Part shown: positions 9,042-18,452 of the stretch, piece after piece
How the letters are laid out: each line of letters opens with the position of its first letter
How positions within the stretch are numbered: position 1 is the first letter of the stretch
Assembly (NCBI GenBank): GCA_965205265.1
Contig: CBDBGH010000003.1
Span: forward strand, 1,984,001-2,048,000
Direction: 5' to 3'
DNA length: 64,000 nucleotides
Origin: Alphaproteobacteria bacterium
Lineage (GTDB): Bacteria > Pseudomonadota > Alphaproteobacteria > Bin95
Made by a program: the position numbers and the translations under genes
The notes under the pieces: generated by a model
What the model was told of the DNA's origin: nothing
The model's database searches: none
The model's input: only the letters and a program-made list of their open reading frames with translations

Positions 9042-10249
9042 GAGGCAGCCCGCCACGGTTTGCGCGCGGCCCACTGCGTCACCGACATGGCGGGCCGGAA
9101 GGCGTTGAAGCGTCCGACCGGCCCGAGCACCTCCACCGTCTCGACCGAGATGCGGTAGAGGTCGCCGCCCAGTTCGGACCGTGCCCGGACCAGCCGCGCC
9201 TCGCCCTCCAGCGTGACCGCATTGGCCACGATGCGCCCGCCCGGCCGGAGCGCCTCCCACGCAGCCTCGATGACGCCCCCGGTGCTGAGGCCGCCGCCCA
9301 CGAACACGGCGTCCGGTTCCGCCAACCCCTCTAGAGCCGCCGGCGCCTCTCCGGCATGGATTTCCAGCCCCGGCGCACCCAGTTCCTCCGCATTGCGCGC
9401 CATCGCCGCGCGCCGGGAGGCGAGAGGCTCGACCGCGTCCGCCGTTCCCCCGGCCCTCATCCACTCGATGCCGATTGCCCCCGACCCCGCCCCGACATCC
9501 CAGAGATGCGCGCCCGCCGTCGGCGCGAGCAGGGCGAGCGTCGCCGCGCGGATATGGACCTTGGTCAGCATGCCGTCATGCTCGAAGAACTCGTCCGGGA
9601 GGCCCGGCGCGCGGGAGAAGACATGCGCGCCGTCGCCGGCGACGCATTGGATGGCGAGCGTATTGAGGTCAGGGACCTCCGCGGCCCAGCGATCGGCCCG
9701 CCCTTCCGTGCTTGTCTCAAGAGGGCCGCCCATATGGGCCAGCGCCGTCATGCGGCTGGCGCCGTAGCCGCGGCGGGTGAGCCAGTCCGCGACGCGCGCG
9801 GGCGTGCCGTCGTCATGCGACAGCGCCAGCAGTCTTGCGCCGGGCGCGACATGCAGCGCGAGCAGGCCGAGGGGCCTGCCGTGCAGCGACAGCGCCGCCG
9901 CGCTCTCCAGCGGCCATGCAAGCCGCGCTGCGGCCAGCGAGAACGCGCCGACGGCGGGCAGGATGCGCATTTCCTCCGCCGGCACCCGCCGCGCCAGGGA
10001 TTTGCCGATGCCGAACCACATCGGGTCGCCGGTCGCCAGCACGACGGTCGGGCGCGGGCGGCGCGCGAGGATGGCATCGAGGGTCCGGGACAGCGGACGC
10101 TGCCAGGTCATCCGCTCCGCCGGACCCGCCCCGGCAAGCGCCAGGTGACGTTTGCCGCCCACCAGGAACTCCGCGTTCTCGACGATGGCGCGGCGCGCCG
10201 GTTCGAGGCCGTCCTCGCCGATGCCGAGCACGGTGAGCCAGGGCGTCAC
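9038..10249 (-). CDS. cobL: Precorrin-6Y C5,15-methyltransferase (decarboxylating), CbiE-CbiT
   Basis: LGIGEDG, VLATGDPMWFGIG, PGLPDEFFEHDGMLTK, WDVGAGSG, ANAVTLE. Confidence 0.94.
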   Translation of the reverse strand: MTPWLTVLGIGEDGLEPARRAIVENAEFLVGGKRHLALAGAGPAERMTWQRPLSRTLDAILARRPRPTVVLATGDPMWFGIGKSLARRVPAEEMRILPAVGAFSLAAARLAWPLESAAALSLHGRPLGLLALHVAPGARLLALSHDDGTPARVADWLTRRGYGASRMTALAHMGGPLETSTEGRADRWAAEVPDLNTLAIQCVAGDGAHVFSRAPGLPDEFFEHDGMLTKVHIRAATLALLAPTAGAHLWDVGAGSGAIGIEWMRAGGTADAVEPLASRRAAMARNAEELGAPGLEIHAGEAPAALEGLAEPDAVFVGGGLSTGGVIEAAWEALRPGGRIVANAVTLEGEARLVRARSELGGDLYRISVETVEVLGPVGRFNAFRPAMSVTQWAARKPWRAAS

Positions 10250-10857
10250 GGCGCAGTCTCGGAGGGGTACAACAATGCGTTTACGGCTGCCGCCGCGAGC
10301 GCGCTGCCGCCGAAGCGGCCCCGGAGCGCGATATGCGGCAGGCCGCTTTCGACAAGCGCCGCCTTCGACTCGGCCGCGCCGACGAAGCCCACCGGAAACC
10401 CGAGGACCGCCAGCGGCGGCGGCGTGCCCGCGGCCACGAGCTCAAGCAGCCTGAAGAGCGCCGTCGGGGCATTGCCGACCGCTATAACGGCGCCGCCGAA
10501 GCGCTCCGCCAGCGCGTCCATCGCAGCCATGGCCCGCGTATTGCCGCCGGCGCGCGCCGCCTCCGCGACCGCAGCGTCGTCTATGGCGCAGACGGCGTCG
10601 CACCCGATTACGCCCTCGGCCGTCATGCGGGTGTCGGCGATGACGGGCGCTCCCGCCGCCAGCCCGGCTTCCGCGCGCTCGACAACGCCCGCGCTCAGGA
10701 CAAGGTCCCTCACGATCTCCGGCCGGCCGCAGGCATGGACGAGCCGCAAGGCAAGCCCGGCGGCGCGCGGCGGCAGGCCCGACAGGTCGGTTTCCTCGCG
10801 CGCCATGCGGAAGGAAAGCCGGTAGATCGCCGCCGGATCGCGCAGATATGTGTGCAT
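10246..10857 (-). CDS. cobH: Precorrin-8X methylmutase
   Basis: YLRDPAAIY, GNAPTALF, PVGFVGAAESK, GGSALAAAAVNAL. Confidence 0.95.
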   Translation of the reverse strand: MHTYLRDPAAIYRLSFRMAREETDLSGLPPRAAGLALRLVHACGRPEIVRDLVLSAGVVERAEAGLAAGAPVIADTRMTAEGVIGCDAVCAIDDAAVAEAARAGGNTRAMAAMDALAERFGGAVIAVGNAPTALFRLLELVAAGTPPPLAVLGFPVGFVGAAESKAALVESGLPHIALRGRFGGSALAAAAVNALLYPSETAP

Positions 10858-10862
10858 CGGTG

Positions 10863-11789
10863 TCAGTGGGAGTGGCCGTGCCCATGCTCGTGGGAATGGT
10901 CGTGCCCGTGCTCATGGGAATGCGAGTGTCCGCCGCCGCGCACATGGTGGTGATGGCCCGCCTGCGGTGTGCCGACCTCGTCCTCTCGCCCGACGATCTG
11001 CTCCCGGTATTTGCAGAGCGCGCAATTCATCAGGTTGTCACCCGTCAGCGCGCCCCGGACACGTTCGGCGAAGCTGTCCAGCACCAGGGGATGGTCGTTC
11101 AGATAGGGCGCCTTGACGAAGGATATTCCGGGGTGGGCCGCCGCAACCTTGTCGGTCTGGTCGTAGATGCGCCGCACCAGGACGCCGGTGAACAGGAAAT
11201 AGGGGAAGACCACGATCCGCGGGAAGCCGAGCCGGGCGGCCCGCTCCAGCCCGGCATCGACGCGCGGGTGCGCAACCCCCGAATAGCAGGTCTCCGCCCA
11301 GCCGAAGCCCATGCCCTCCCAGAGCATCCGGGCGACCTTGCTGACATTGGAGTTGGCGTCCGGGTCGTTGGTTCCCCGCCCGACCACCATCAGCAGCGTC
11401 TCCGAGCGCGGCGTCTCCTCGCCGAGCACGCTCTCGATGCGCGCACGGGCGGCTTGTAGCAGCTTGGCGTCGATGGCGAGGTCGCGCCCGAGCCTTATGT
11501 CGATGTCGGGATGCGCATGCGCGAACTCGTTTATTTCCGAGGGCACGTCGTTCTTCACATGCCCGGCGGCGAACAGCATGCCGGGAACCGCCAGAATGCG
11601 CCGGTTGCCCCGCTGCACCAGCGCCTCCAGCCCCTCGCGGATCACCGGGCGGGCGAATTCGAGAAAGCCGATCTCCAGGTCGTAGTCCGGCAGGCGGGGT
11701 CGCAGCCCCTCGGCCAGGGACAGGAACTCCTGCACGGCATCGGCATCGCGGCTGCCGTGGCCGCAAACCATGACTCCGGTCTTGGGCAT
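10863..11789 (-). CDS. cbiX: Sirohydrochlorin cobaltochelatase, long form with His-rich tail
   Basis: GHGSRD, LFAAGHVKND, FPYFLFTG, MNCALCKYR Fe-S motif, C-terminal GHHHH...HSHEHGH. Confidence 0.93.
   Translation of the reverse strand: MPKTGVMVCGHGSRDADAVQEFLSLAEGLRPRLPDYDLEIGFLEFARPVIREGLEALVQRGNRRILAVPGMLFAAGHVKNDVPSEINEFAHAHPDIDIRLGRDLAIDAKLLQAARARIESVLGEETPRSETLLMVVGRGTNDPDANSNVSKVARMLWEGMGFGWAETCYSGVAHPRVDAGLERAARLGFPRIVVFPYFLFTGVLVRRIYDQTDKVAAAHPGISFVKAPYLNDHPLVLDSFAERVRGALTGDNLMNCALCKYREQIVGREDEVGTPQAGHHHHVRGGGHSHSHEHGHDHSHEHGHGHSH
10878..10925. repeat. Imperfect 24-bp tandem repeat encoding the His-rich CbiX tail
   Basis: gtgcccatgctcgtgggaatggtc followed by gtgcccgtgctcatgggaatgcga. 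Confidence 0.7.
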
Positions 11790-11821
11790 CGTGCCTCTCG
11801 TTTCGAGTAGAATCGCCGCCC

Positions 11822-12775
11822 ATGATAGACGGAACGGCAAGCATCGTCCCGATCCTGCTCGGCGCCTTGCTGCTGGACGCGGTGCTTGGCGACCTGCCGG
11901 CCCTGTTTCGCCGCGTGCCGCACCCGGTTGCCTTGATCGGGCGCATGATCGAGCGCGTGGATACCCGCCTCAACCGGCCCGAACGCCCGGCTGCCGACCG
12001 GCGGATGCGCGGGGCCTTCGCCCTGTTGGCCGTGACCGCAGCCGCCGCGGCGGCCGGCTGGGCGCTCAGCCTGCTCGGATGGCTGCCGACCCTGTTGCTG
12101 GCCTTCCTGCTCGTCGCGCAGCGCGGGCTGTACGACCATGTCTCGGCAGTTGCCGCCGGCCTCGATGCCGGCCTGCAACAGGGGCGCGAGGCCGTCTCCC
12201 ACGTCGCCGGACGCGATCCCGCCTCGCTCGACGCCCACGGCGTTGCGCGCGCCGGGATCGAGTCGTTGGCGGAAAACTTCTCCGATAGCGTGGTCGCGCC
12301 CGCTTTCTGGTTCCTGCTGCTCGGCCTGCCGGGGCTTTGCGCCTTCAAGGCGGTCAACACGCTCGACAGCATGATCGGCCACCGCACGCAGCGCCATGAG
12401 GCTTTCGGCGCCTGGTCGGCGCGGGCCGACGATATCGCCTGTTTCCTGCCGGCGCGGATTTCCGCACTCCTGCTCATGGGCGCGGCGTTCTGCTTCCGGC
12501 GGGCAAGCCCGCTCGGCGCATGGCGCGCCGTGATGAACGATGCGCACCGGCACCGCTCGCCGAACGCCGGCTGGCCCGAGGCGGCGATGGCGGGCGCGTT
12601 GGGGCTCGCGCTCGCCGGCCCCCGGCGCTATGGCGGCAGGGTGGTCGAGGACGCCTGGATGGGACGGGGGCGCAGCCGGGCCACGACAGAGGACATTCGC
12701 CGCGCCTTGCGCCTCTTCATTGCCGCATGCGCCCTGCACGCCTGCCTGCTGGCCGCATTATGGGCGACCGGTTAA
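11822..12775 (+). CDS. cbiB: Adenosylcobinamide-phosphate synthase CbiB/CobD
   Basis: HPVALIG, IESLAENFSDSVVAP, KAVNTLDSMIG, SPNAGWPEAAMAGAL. Confidence 0.95.
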   Translation: MIDGTASIVPILLGALLLDAVLGDLPALFRRVPHPVALIGRMIERVDTRLNRPERPAADRRMRGAFALLAVTAAAAAAGWALSLLGWLPTLLLAFLLVAQRGLYDHVSAVAAGLDAGLQQGREAVSHVAGRDPASLDAHGVARAGIESLAENFSDSVVAPAFWFLLLGLPGLCAFKAVNTLDSMIGHRTQRHEAFGAWSARADDIACFLPARISALLLMGAAFCFRRASPLGAWRAVMNDAHRHRSPNAGWPEAAMAGALGLALAGPRRYGGRVVEDAWMGRGRSRATTEDIRRALRLFIAACALHACLLAALWATG

Positions 12776-12795
12776 CCGCTGCCGCATGGAAAAGG

Positions 12796-13479
12796 TCAGC
12801 CCAGCAGGGGCGCCAGGATTTCGTCGAGTTCGTCCGCGGTCAGCGCGCCCGGATGCTTGCGCCCGTCGATAATGAAACTCGGCGTTGAATCGATCTGGTA
12901 TTCCTCCTGGCCGGCCAGCCGTTCCTGAATAATTTTTTCCAGCCCCGTCTCGTCCTGAAGACACGCGCTTGCGCGCTCCTGGCTGAGGCCCGCGAGCTGG
13001 CCGAGACGCAGGAGTTCCGCCAGCGGGTTTTCGGAACGCGCCCAGCTTTTCTGGCCTTCGAAGAGCAATTGAAGGAAGGGGAAATAGCGTCCGGCCGGCA
13101 CGCATTCGGCAAGCGCCGCCGCGCGCAATGCGAGGCCGTCGAGCGGGAAATCGCGAAAGACGAGCTTCACCTTCCCGGTATCGATATAGGCGCTCTTCAG
13201 GTGCCTGTAGCCCTCGGCATGGAATTGCGCGCAATGCGGGCAGGTGAGCGATGAATATTCGACGATTGCGACTCTGGCGCTTTCCTCGCCGAGCACTCGT
13301 TCTTCCGGCCCGATTTCCGGATTCGAAACGGCGTCCGCCGCATGGGCCGCCACGCTGTCCAGCGGACTCACGGCAAGTTGCGAACCGGTCCGTCCGGCGA
13401 AAAAGGAGTTGTAGGCGGCGCTGACGATGACTGCGACCGCCACGACTACAACGACGGTCCATATGTTCCGCATTGGCAC
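12796..13479 (-). CDS. DsbA-family thiol-disulfide oxidoreductase
   Basis: N-terminal hydrophobic anchor, EYSSLTCPHCA, FRDFPLD, STPSF; start may be 13473. Confidence 0.9.
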   Translation of the reverse strand: MPMRNIWTVVVVVAVAVIVSAAYNSFFAGRTGSQLAVSPLDSVAAHAADAVSNPEIGPEERVLGEESARVAIVEYSSLTCPHCAQFHAEGYRHLKSAYIDTGKVKLVFRDFPLDGLALRAAALAECVPAGRYFPFLQLLFEGQKSWARSENPLAELLRLGQLAGLSQERASACLQDETGLEKIIQERLAGQEEYQIDSTPSFIIDGRKHPGALTADELDEILAPLLG

Positions 13480-13570
13480 AGCCTCACCACAAGATGTCGT
13501 AAGCTAACTCGAAATTGAGGTATAAACAAGGCACCCGGAGTCAAAAAAATATAAGCCCCCGAAAGACTCT

Positions 13571-14053
13571 TTATAGGGAGGTCTTGCGGGATGCGGCCAG
13601 CCGCTTCTGCCGCGCCTGCACGGCGCCGCCCAATCGCGCGAGCGTGATGCTGAGTTCGGGGTCGGATATGCCGGACACCGCAACCGGTTCGGGCGCCGGC
13701 TCCATTGCGGGCCTTGCCGCCGGCGGCGGGTCGATGCGGCCCTGCTTCAGGACGATGCGCGTCACCGCCTTGCGCCCCAGAAACAGGTTCACCCGGTCCC
13801 GGATCGACGGCCCCTGGTGCTGGATATAGGTCGCCCAAGCTGACGCGACCCGCAGATGAAGCACGCCGCGGACCAGCCGCAGCGGCCGCGTCCATGTCGC
13901 GATGTCCGTTCCGACGACGCTTTCCCATCGTAGCAGCAGCCGCGTTTCCGAAAAGCCGTGCTTCCGGGCGGTCGGCGCGAGCCCTCGTTCCACCGCCGCC
14001 CCGACGGCCACAAACCGGCCCGTTCTGCGCCTGCCTGGGTTTCTCCCGGTCAT
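13571..14053 (-). CDS. DUF721/DciA-family protein
   Basis: HGFSETRLLLRWESVVG...IQHQ...RVNLFLG..AVTRIVLKQG; usual position divergent from mutY. Confidence 0.82.
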   Translation of the reverse strand: MTGRNPGRRRTGRFVAVGAAVERGLAPTARKHGFSETRLLLRWESVVGTDIATWTRPLRLVRGVLHLRVASAWATYIQHQGPSIRDRVNLFLGRKAVTRIVLKQGRIDPPPAARPAMEPAPEPVAVSGISDPELSITLARLGGAVQARQKRLAASRKTSL

Positions 14054-14139
14054 GCTTCCAGCATAACGGGACAAACCTCGATGACGGAGTCCCGGCGCTA
14101 TGATGGCCGGGGCCGCTTCGAGGGCGGCAGGGAGAGGCC

Positions 14140-15183
14140 ATGAAGGCGAAGGCGGAGGCGCTGCTTCGATGGTATGACGCGCATCGTCGCGAGCTCCCCT
14201 GGCGCGCGCCGCCGGGGGAGCGCGCCGAGCCTTACCGCGTCTGGCTGAGCGAGATCATGCTGCAGCAGACCGTGGCTGCCGCCGCCGGCCCTTATTTCCT
14301 CCGCTTCGTCGAGCGCTGGCCGGATGTCGGGGCGCTGGCCGCTGCCTCGCTGGACGAGGTGCTGCAGGCCTGGCAGGGGCTCGGCTACTACGCCCGGGCG
14401 CGCAATTTGCACGCCGCCGCCCGCATCGTCGCCGCGCGCCATGGCGGACACTTCCCCGACAGCGAGGCCGGGCTCCGCGCCCTGCCCGGCGTCGGCGCCT
14501 ACACCGCCGCCGCCATTGCCGCCATCGCGTTCGAACGCAAGGCGACGGTCGTGGACGGCAATGTGGAGCGGGTGATGGCGCGGCTCTTCCGCGTCGAAAC
14601 GCCGCTGCCCGCCGCGAAAAAAGCGATCCGCGATGCGGCAGCCCGGCTGACCCCGGACGAGCGTCCCGGCGATTATGCGCAGGCGGCGATGGACCTCGGC
14701 GCGACCGTGTGCCTGCCGCGCCGTCCCCGCTGCGGCGCCTGCCCCTGGTCGGGCGACTGCCTCGCCAGGGCGTCCGGGATTGCGGAGAGCCTGCCGGTCA
14801 AGGCTCCGAAGCGCGAGCGGCCGGTGCGGCGGGGCATCGCCTACTGGACCGAGGACGGCGCCGGGCGGGTCCTGCTCCGCCGCCGGCCGGAGAACGGCCT
14901 GCTCGGCGGCATGATGGAAGTGCCCTCGGGCCCCTGGGTCGAGGAGGGCCCGCCGCCGGAGGACCCGCCGGTCGAGGGCGCATGGGAGCCGCTTGGCGCG
15001 GTTGCCAGGCACGGCTTCACGCATTTCATCCTCGAACTGGACGTGCGGACCGGCAGGAGCGCTGCCGCCGCTCCCGAGGGCTGCGTCTGGGCCTCCCTCG
15101 ACGCTCTCGACGGCTACGCCCTGCCCACGGCCATGAAGAAGGTCGTCCGGCTTGCGCTCGACGGGAAGGATCGGCTAATCTGA
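14140..15183 (+). CDS. mutY: A/G-specific adenine glycosylase
   Basis: RELPWR, VWLSEIMLQQT, WQGLGYYARARN, HhH LPGVGAYTA, C-x6-C-x2-C-x5-C, HGFTHF. Confidence 0.97.
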   Translation: MKAKAEALLRWYDAHRRELPWRAPPGERAEPYRVWLSEIMLQQTVAAAAGPYFLRFVERWPDVGALAAASLDEVLQAWQGLGYYARARNLHAAARIVAARHGGHFPDSEAGLRALPGVGAYTAAAIAAIAFERKATVVDGNVERVMARLFRVETPLPAAKKAIRDAAARLTPDERPGDYAQAAMDLGATVCLPRRPRCGACPWSGDCLARASGIAESLPVKAPKRERPVRRGIAYWTEDGAGRVLLRRRPENGLLGGMMEVPSGPWVEEGPPPEDPPVEGAWEPLGAVARHGFTHFILELDVRTGRSAAAAPEGCVWASLDALDGYALPTAMKKVVRLALDGKDRLI

Positions 15184-15196
15184 ACATATGAAGAAC
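15182..15196. promoter_or_regulatory. Alphaproteobacterial LexA (SOS) box over the mmcB start
   Basis: GAAC-atatgaa-GAAC fits GAAC-N7-GAAC; mmcB is an SOS gene in Caulobacter. Confidence 0.75.
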
Positions 15197-15625
15197 GACG
15201 GTGTCCTTCTCGCGCGCGGCGTGTGCCGGTTCCTGCGCCACGCCGGCTATGCGGTGCTGACCGAGTTCACCCTGCGCAACCGCCGCCGCGTGGACGTGAT
15301 CGCGCTCGCCGAGGACGGCCGGATTGCCGTTGTCGAGGTGAAATCCTCCGAAGCCGATTTTCGCGCGGACGCCAAGTGGCGGGACTATCTGGACTTCTGC
15401 GATGCGTTCTATTTCGCTGTTCCGGAAGGTTTTCCCAAACACCTGATCCCGGAAAGCTGCGGCCTGCTGGTCGCGGACGGCTTCGGCGCGGAACTGCTGC
15501 GCGAGCCGGAGGAAGGCCGGGTCAACCCGGCGCGGCGCAAGTCGCTCATCACCCGCTTCGCCCGCACGGCAGGCCTGCGCCTCCAGGCGCTGACGGACCC
15601 GGACAGCGCCTTCAGCGGTCGCTGA
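15188..15625 (+). CDS. mmcB: MmcB-family DNA repair protein (PD-(D/E)xK)
   Basis: EFTLRNRRRVDV, VEVKSS..DFRADAKW..YLDFCD.FYFAV, GLLVAD.FGAE. Confidence 0.9.
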   Translation: MKNDGVLLARGVCRFLRHAGYAVLTEFTLRNRRRVDVIALAEDGRIAVVEVKSSEADFRADAKWRDYLDFCDAFYFAVPEGFPKHLIPESCGLLVADGFGAELLREPEEGRVNPARRKSLITRFARTAGLRLQALTDPDSAFSGR

Positions 15626-16376
15626 AGGCGGCGATCCGCTCGAAGGTCTCGGGGTCGTTGTAGGAGCGCGCCACCGCATCCACTTCACGCTCCAGCGCCT
15701 CCGCCACATCGCCGTATGCTGCGCGGTTGAGGGTCCGCTTCATGTCGCGGACGGCGCGCACCGGCAGCGCCGCCAGCCGCTCGGCCACGGCCTCGGCCTC
15801 GTCCAGCAGCGCATCGTCCGCCGCCACCCGCCAGGCGATGCCGAGTTCGTGGAGCGCGGCCGCGCCGTAACGCTCGCCCAGCATCAGCAGTTCCTTCGTC
15901 TTCTGGAGGCCGATCAGGTTCGGCAGGATGGCCGAGACGCCGCCGGTGACGAACAGGCCCCAGGACACTTCCGGGAAGAAGCCCCGCGCGCCCTCCGCCC
16001 AGATCGGGAAGTCGCAATTGAGCGCCCATTCGAAGCCGCCGCCGACCGCCCAGCCGTGGATCGCGCCGACCACCGGCACGTCTCCGAAGACGATGGCGCG
16101 CGTCACATCCTGAATGGCGTGCGCGCGCGCCCGTGCTGCGGCTTCGCTTCCCGCGATCTTCCGCGCCTTGAGGTCCGCGCCCGCGCAGAAGGCCCGTCCG
16201 GCTCCCCGAAAGACGATGGCGCGCGTGGCTTGGTTGGCGTTGGCGTCGCGGAACGCCTGCGTCAGCGCCGGAACCATCGCGTCGTCGATCGCGTTCAGCG
16301 CCTCGGGGCGGTTGAGCACGATATGGCGGACCGCGCCCCTTTGCTCGGTCAGAACGACGGACCCGGTTGCGGACAT
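15612..16376 (-). CDS. Enoyl-CoA hydratase/isomerase family protein
   Basis: LNRPEALNA, AFCAGADL, AVGGGFEWALNCD, FPEV. Confidence 0.92.
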   Translation of the reverse strand: MSATGSVVLTEQRGAVRHIVLNRPEALNAIDDAMVPALTQAFRDANANQATRAIVFRGAGRAFCAGADLKARKIAGSEAAARARAHAIQDVTRAIVFGDVPVVGAIHGWAVGGGFEWALNCDFPIWAEGARGFFPEVSWGLFVTGGVSAILPNLIGLQKTKELLMLGERYGAAALHELGIAWRVAADDALLDEAEAVAERLAALPVRAVRDMKRTLNRAAYGDVAEALEREVDAVARSYNDPETFERIAAFSDR

Positions 16377-16439
16377 GGCTTAGACCTCCTCGGCTGGCCG
16401 GCTATTGTAGCGGCTTCCGCCCGGGAGAACGCGCACGCC

Positions 16440-18446
16440 ATGACCAATCTCGTGCAACTGGAGATTCTCGACCGCCGGCCCTTCGCCGAGGGACAGCGGT
16501 TCGGGGAGAGCGGGGCCTATGAGCGCATTGCCGGCCGCGCGCGCTTCCGGGTCGATCCCCTGGCGCCGGCCCAGGCGGGCGTGACGGATATCGCGCTTGC
16601 GCCGAGGGACGGCGAGGGGCTGGTCTTGTTCAGCGCCGATGTCTTCATCCTGCAGCCGGCGGACCCGGCGCTCGGCAACCGGCGGCTGTTCTTCGACTGG
16701 GGCAACCGGGGCAACAAGCGCGCGCTCCAGTATTTCTGCGACGCTGAGCACAGCAACGACCCTGAGACCCCGGCCCATGCCGGCAACGGCTTCCTCTTCC
16801 GGCGCGGCTACACGGTCGTCTTCGGCGCCTGGCAGGGCGACCTCCTGCCGGGCGAGGGCCGGATGCTGCTCGACCTGCCGGTCGCGCGCCATGAGGACGG
16901 GCCGGTGACCGGGCCGGTGCGCACGGAGTTCATCGCCGACGAGCCGGGCGTTACCTGCCTGCCGCTCAGCGGCCGCGGCACGACGCGCTCCCATCCCGCC
17001 GTTTCCCTCGATACGGCGAAGGCGAGCCTCACCATGCGCCCCTATGCGGACGCGCCGCGCCGGCCGGTGCCGGCGGACGAGTGGTCCTTCGCGCGCATCG
17101 ACGCGGGCGGCGGACTGGACGGGCTCGGCCCCGACTGGGGCGTGGCGCCGTCCGACAGCCACATCTTCCTGCCGGACGGCTTCCGGCCCGGCTGGATCTA
17201 CGAACTGGTCTATGAAGGCCGCGACCCACTGGTGATGGGCCTCGGGCATGTCGCCGTGCGCGACCTTGTGAGCTGGCTGCGCTACGAGGAGGGCGTCGGC
17301 AACCCGCTCGGCGGCATCGACCGGGCTTACGGCTACGGGCGCTCGCAGACGGGCCGCGCGATCCGCGATTTCGTCTGGCGGGGCTTCAATGCCGACGCCG
17401 CCGGCCGGCGGGTCTTCGACGGGCTGATGCCGCATGTCTCCGGCGCCGGCGGCAAGTGGCTGAACCAGCGCTTCGCCAATGCCGTGGTCTCGGGCGGCCA
17501 GCAGCATGAGGACCGTTACGCGCCCGCCGACCGTTTCCCCTTCGCCTACAGCCCCTGCACGGACCCGCACAGCCGCCGCAGCGACGCGATCCTGAAGCGG
17601 CCCGACACGGACCCGCTCATCGTCCACACCCAGACCGCGACCGAATACTGGCAGCGGCGCGGCTCGCTGGTCCACACGGACTGCGACGGCAACGATCTCG
17701 CGGAGCCGGAGGGCGTGCGCATCTACCACTGGACGGGTACGCAGCATTCCGCCGACCCCAACCAGCGGGAGCCGCGCCGGGCGGTCTGCGAGAACTGGCT
17801 GAATGTCGCGCAGACCTCGATGCTGTTCCGCGCCATGCTCGACGCGCTCGACCGCTGGGCCGACGGCGGCCCGCCGCCCCCGCCGAGCCGCTATCCCCGC
17901 GTCACGGACGATACGCTCGTGCCATACGGCACCTGGCGGGAGCAATTCCCGGCGATCCCCGGCAGGGCCGTGCCGCAATCGCCTAACCTCATGCCGGCGC
18001 TCGATTTCGGCCCACGCACCGAGGAGGGGATTCTCGACAGGGAGCCGCCGGAAGTGCTGGCCGAGGAGGGCTATCCCGTGCTGGTGCCGGCGGTCGATGC
18101 CGACGGCAACGAGACCGCCGGCGTGCGCGCGCCGATGATCGCAGCACCCGTCGGCACCTTCGCCGGCTGGAATATCCGCCGTCGCGGCGTTGGCGGCGGC
18201 GCGATGCACGAGTTTTCGGGCAGCTACATCCCCTTTCCCGACACGCCGGAGGAACGCGCAGCGACGGGCGACCCCCGCCCTTCCCTGCTGGAGCGTTACG
18301 GCGACGCGGCCAGCTATCTGCGGGCCGTCGAGGCGGCGGCGCGGACGCTCATCGAGGAAGGGTTCATGCTGGAGGAGGACCTGCCGCGCGTTCTGGCCCG
18401 CGCGGAGGACTGGGGCCGGCCGCTGACCGATGTGCGGCTTCCCTGA
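16440..18446 (+). CDS. Alpha/beta-hydrolase-domain protein (tannase/3-hydroxybutyrate-oligomer-hydrolase-like, about 670 aa)
   Basis: GAYERIAG, GNRGNK, GYGRSQTGR nucleophile elbow, TEYWQRRGSL, VDADGNE, DPRPSLLERY. Confidence 0.8.
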   Translation: MTNLVQLEILDRRPFAEGQRFGESGAYERIAGRARFRVDPLAPAQAGVTDIALAPRDGEGLVLFSADVFILQPADPALGNRRLFFDWGNRGNKRALQYFCDAEHSNDPETPAHAGNGFLFRRGYTVVFGAWQGDLLPGEGRMLLDLPVARHEDGPVTGPVRTEFIADEPGVTCLPLSGRGTTRSHPAVSLDTAKASLTMRPYADAPRRPVPADEWSFARIDAGGGLDGLGPDWGVAPSDSHIFLPDGFRPGWIYELVYEGRDPLVMGLGHVAVRDLVSWLRYEEGVGNPLGGIDRAYGYGRSQTGRAIRDFVWRGFNADAAGRRVFDGLMPHVSGAGGKWLNQRFANAVVSGGQQHEDRYAPADRFPFAYSPCTDPHSRRSDAILKRPDTDPLIVHTQTATEYWQRRGSLVHTDCDGNDLAEPEGVRIYHWTGTQHSADPNQREPRRAVCENWLNVAQTSMLFRAMLDALDRWADGGPPPPPSRYPRVTDDTLVPYGTWREQFPAIPGRAVPQSPNLMPALDFGPRTEEGILDREPPEVLAEEGYPVLVPAVDADGNETAGVRAPMIAAPVGTFAGWNIRRRGVGGGAMHEFSGSYIPFPDTPEERAATGDPRPSLLERYGDAASYLRAVEAAARTLIEEGFMLEEDLPRVLARAEDWGRPLTDVRLP

Positions 18447-18452
18447 CCGGCG

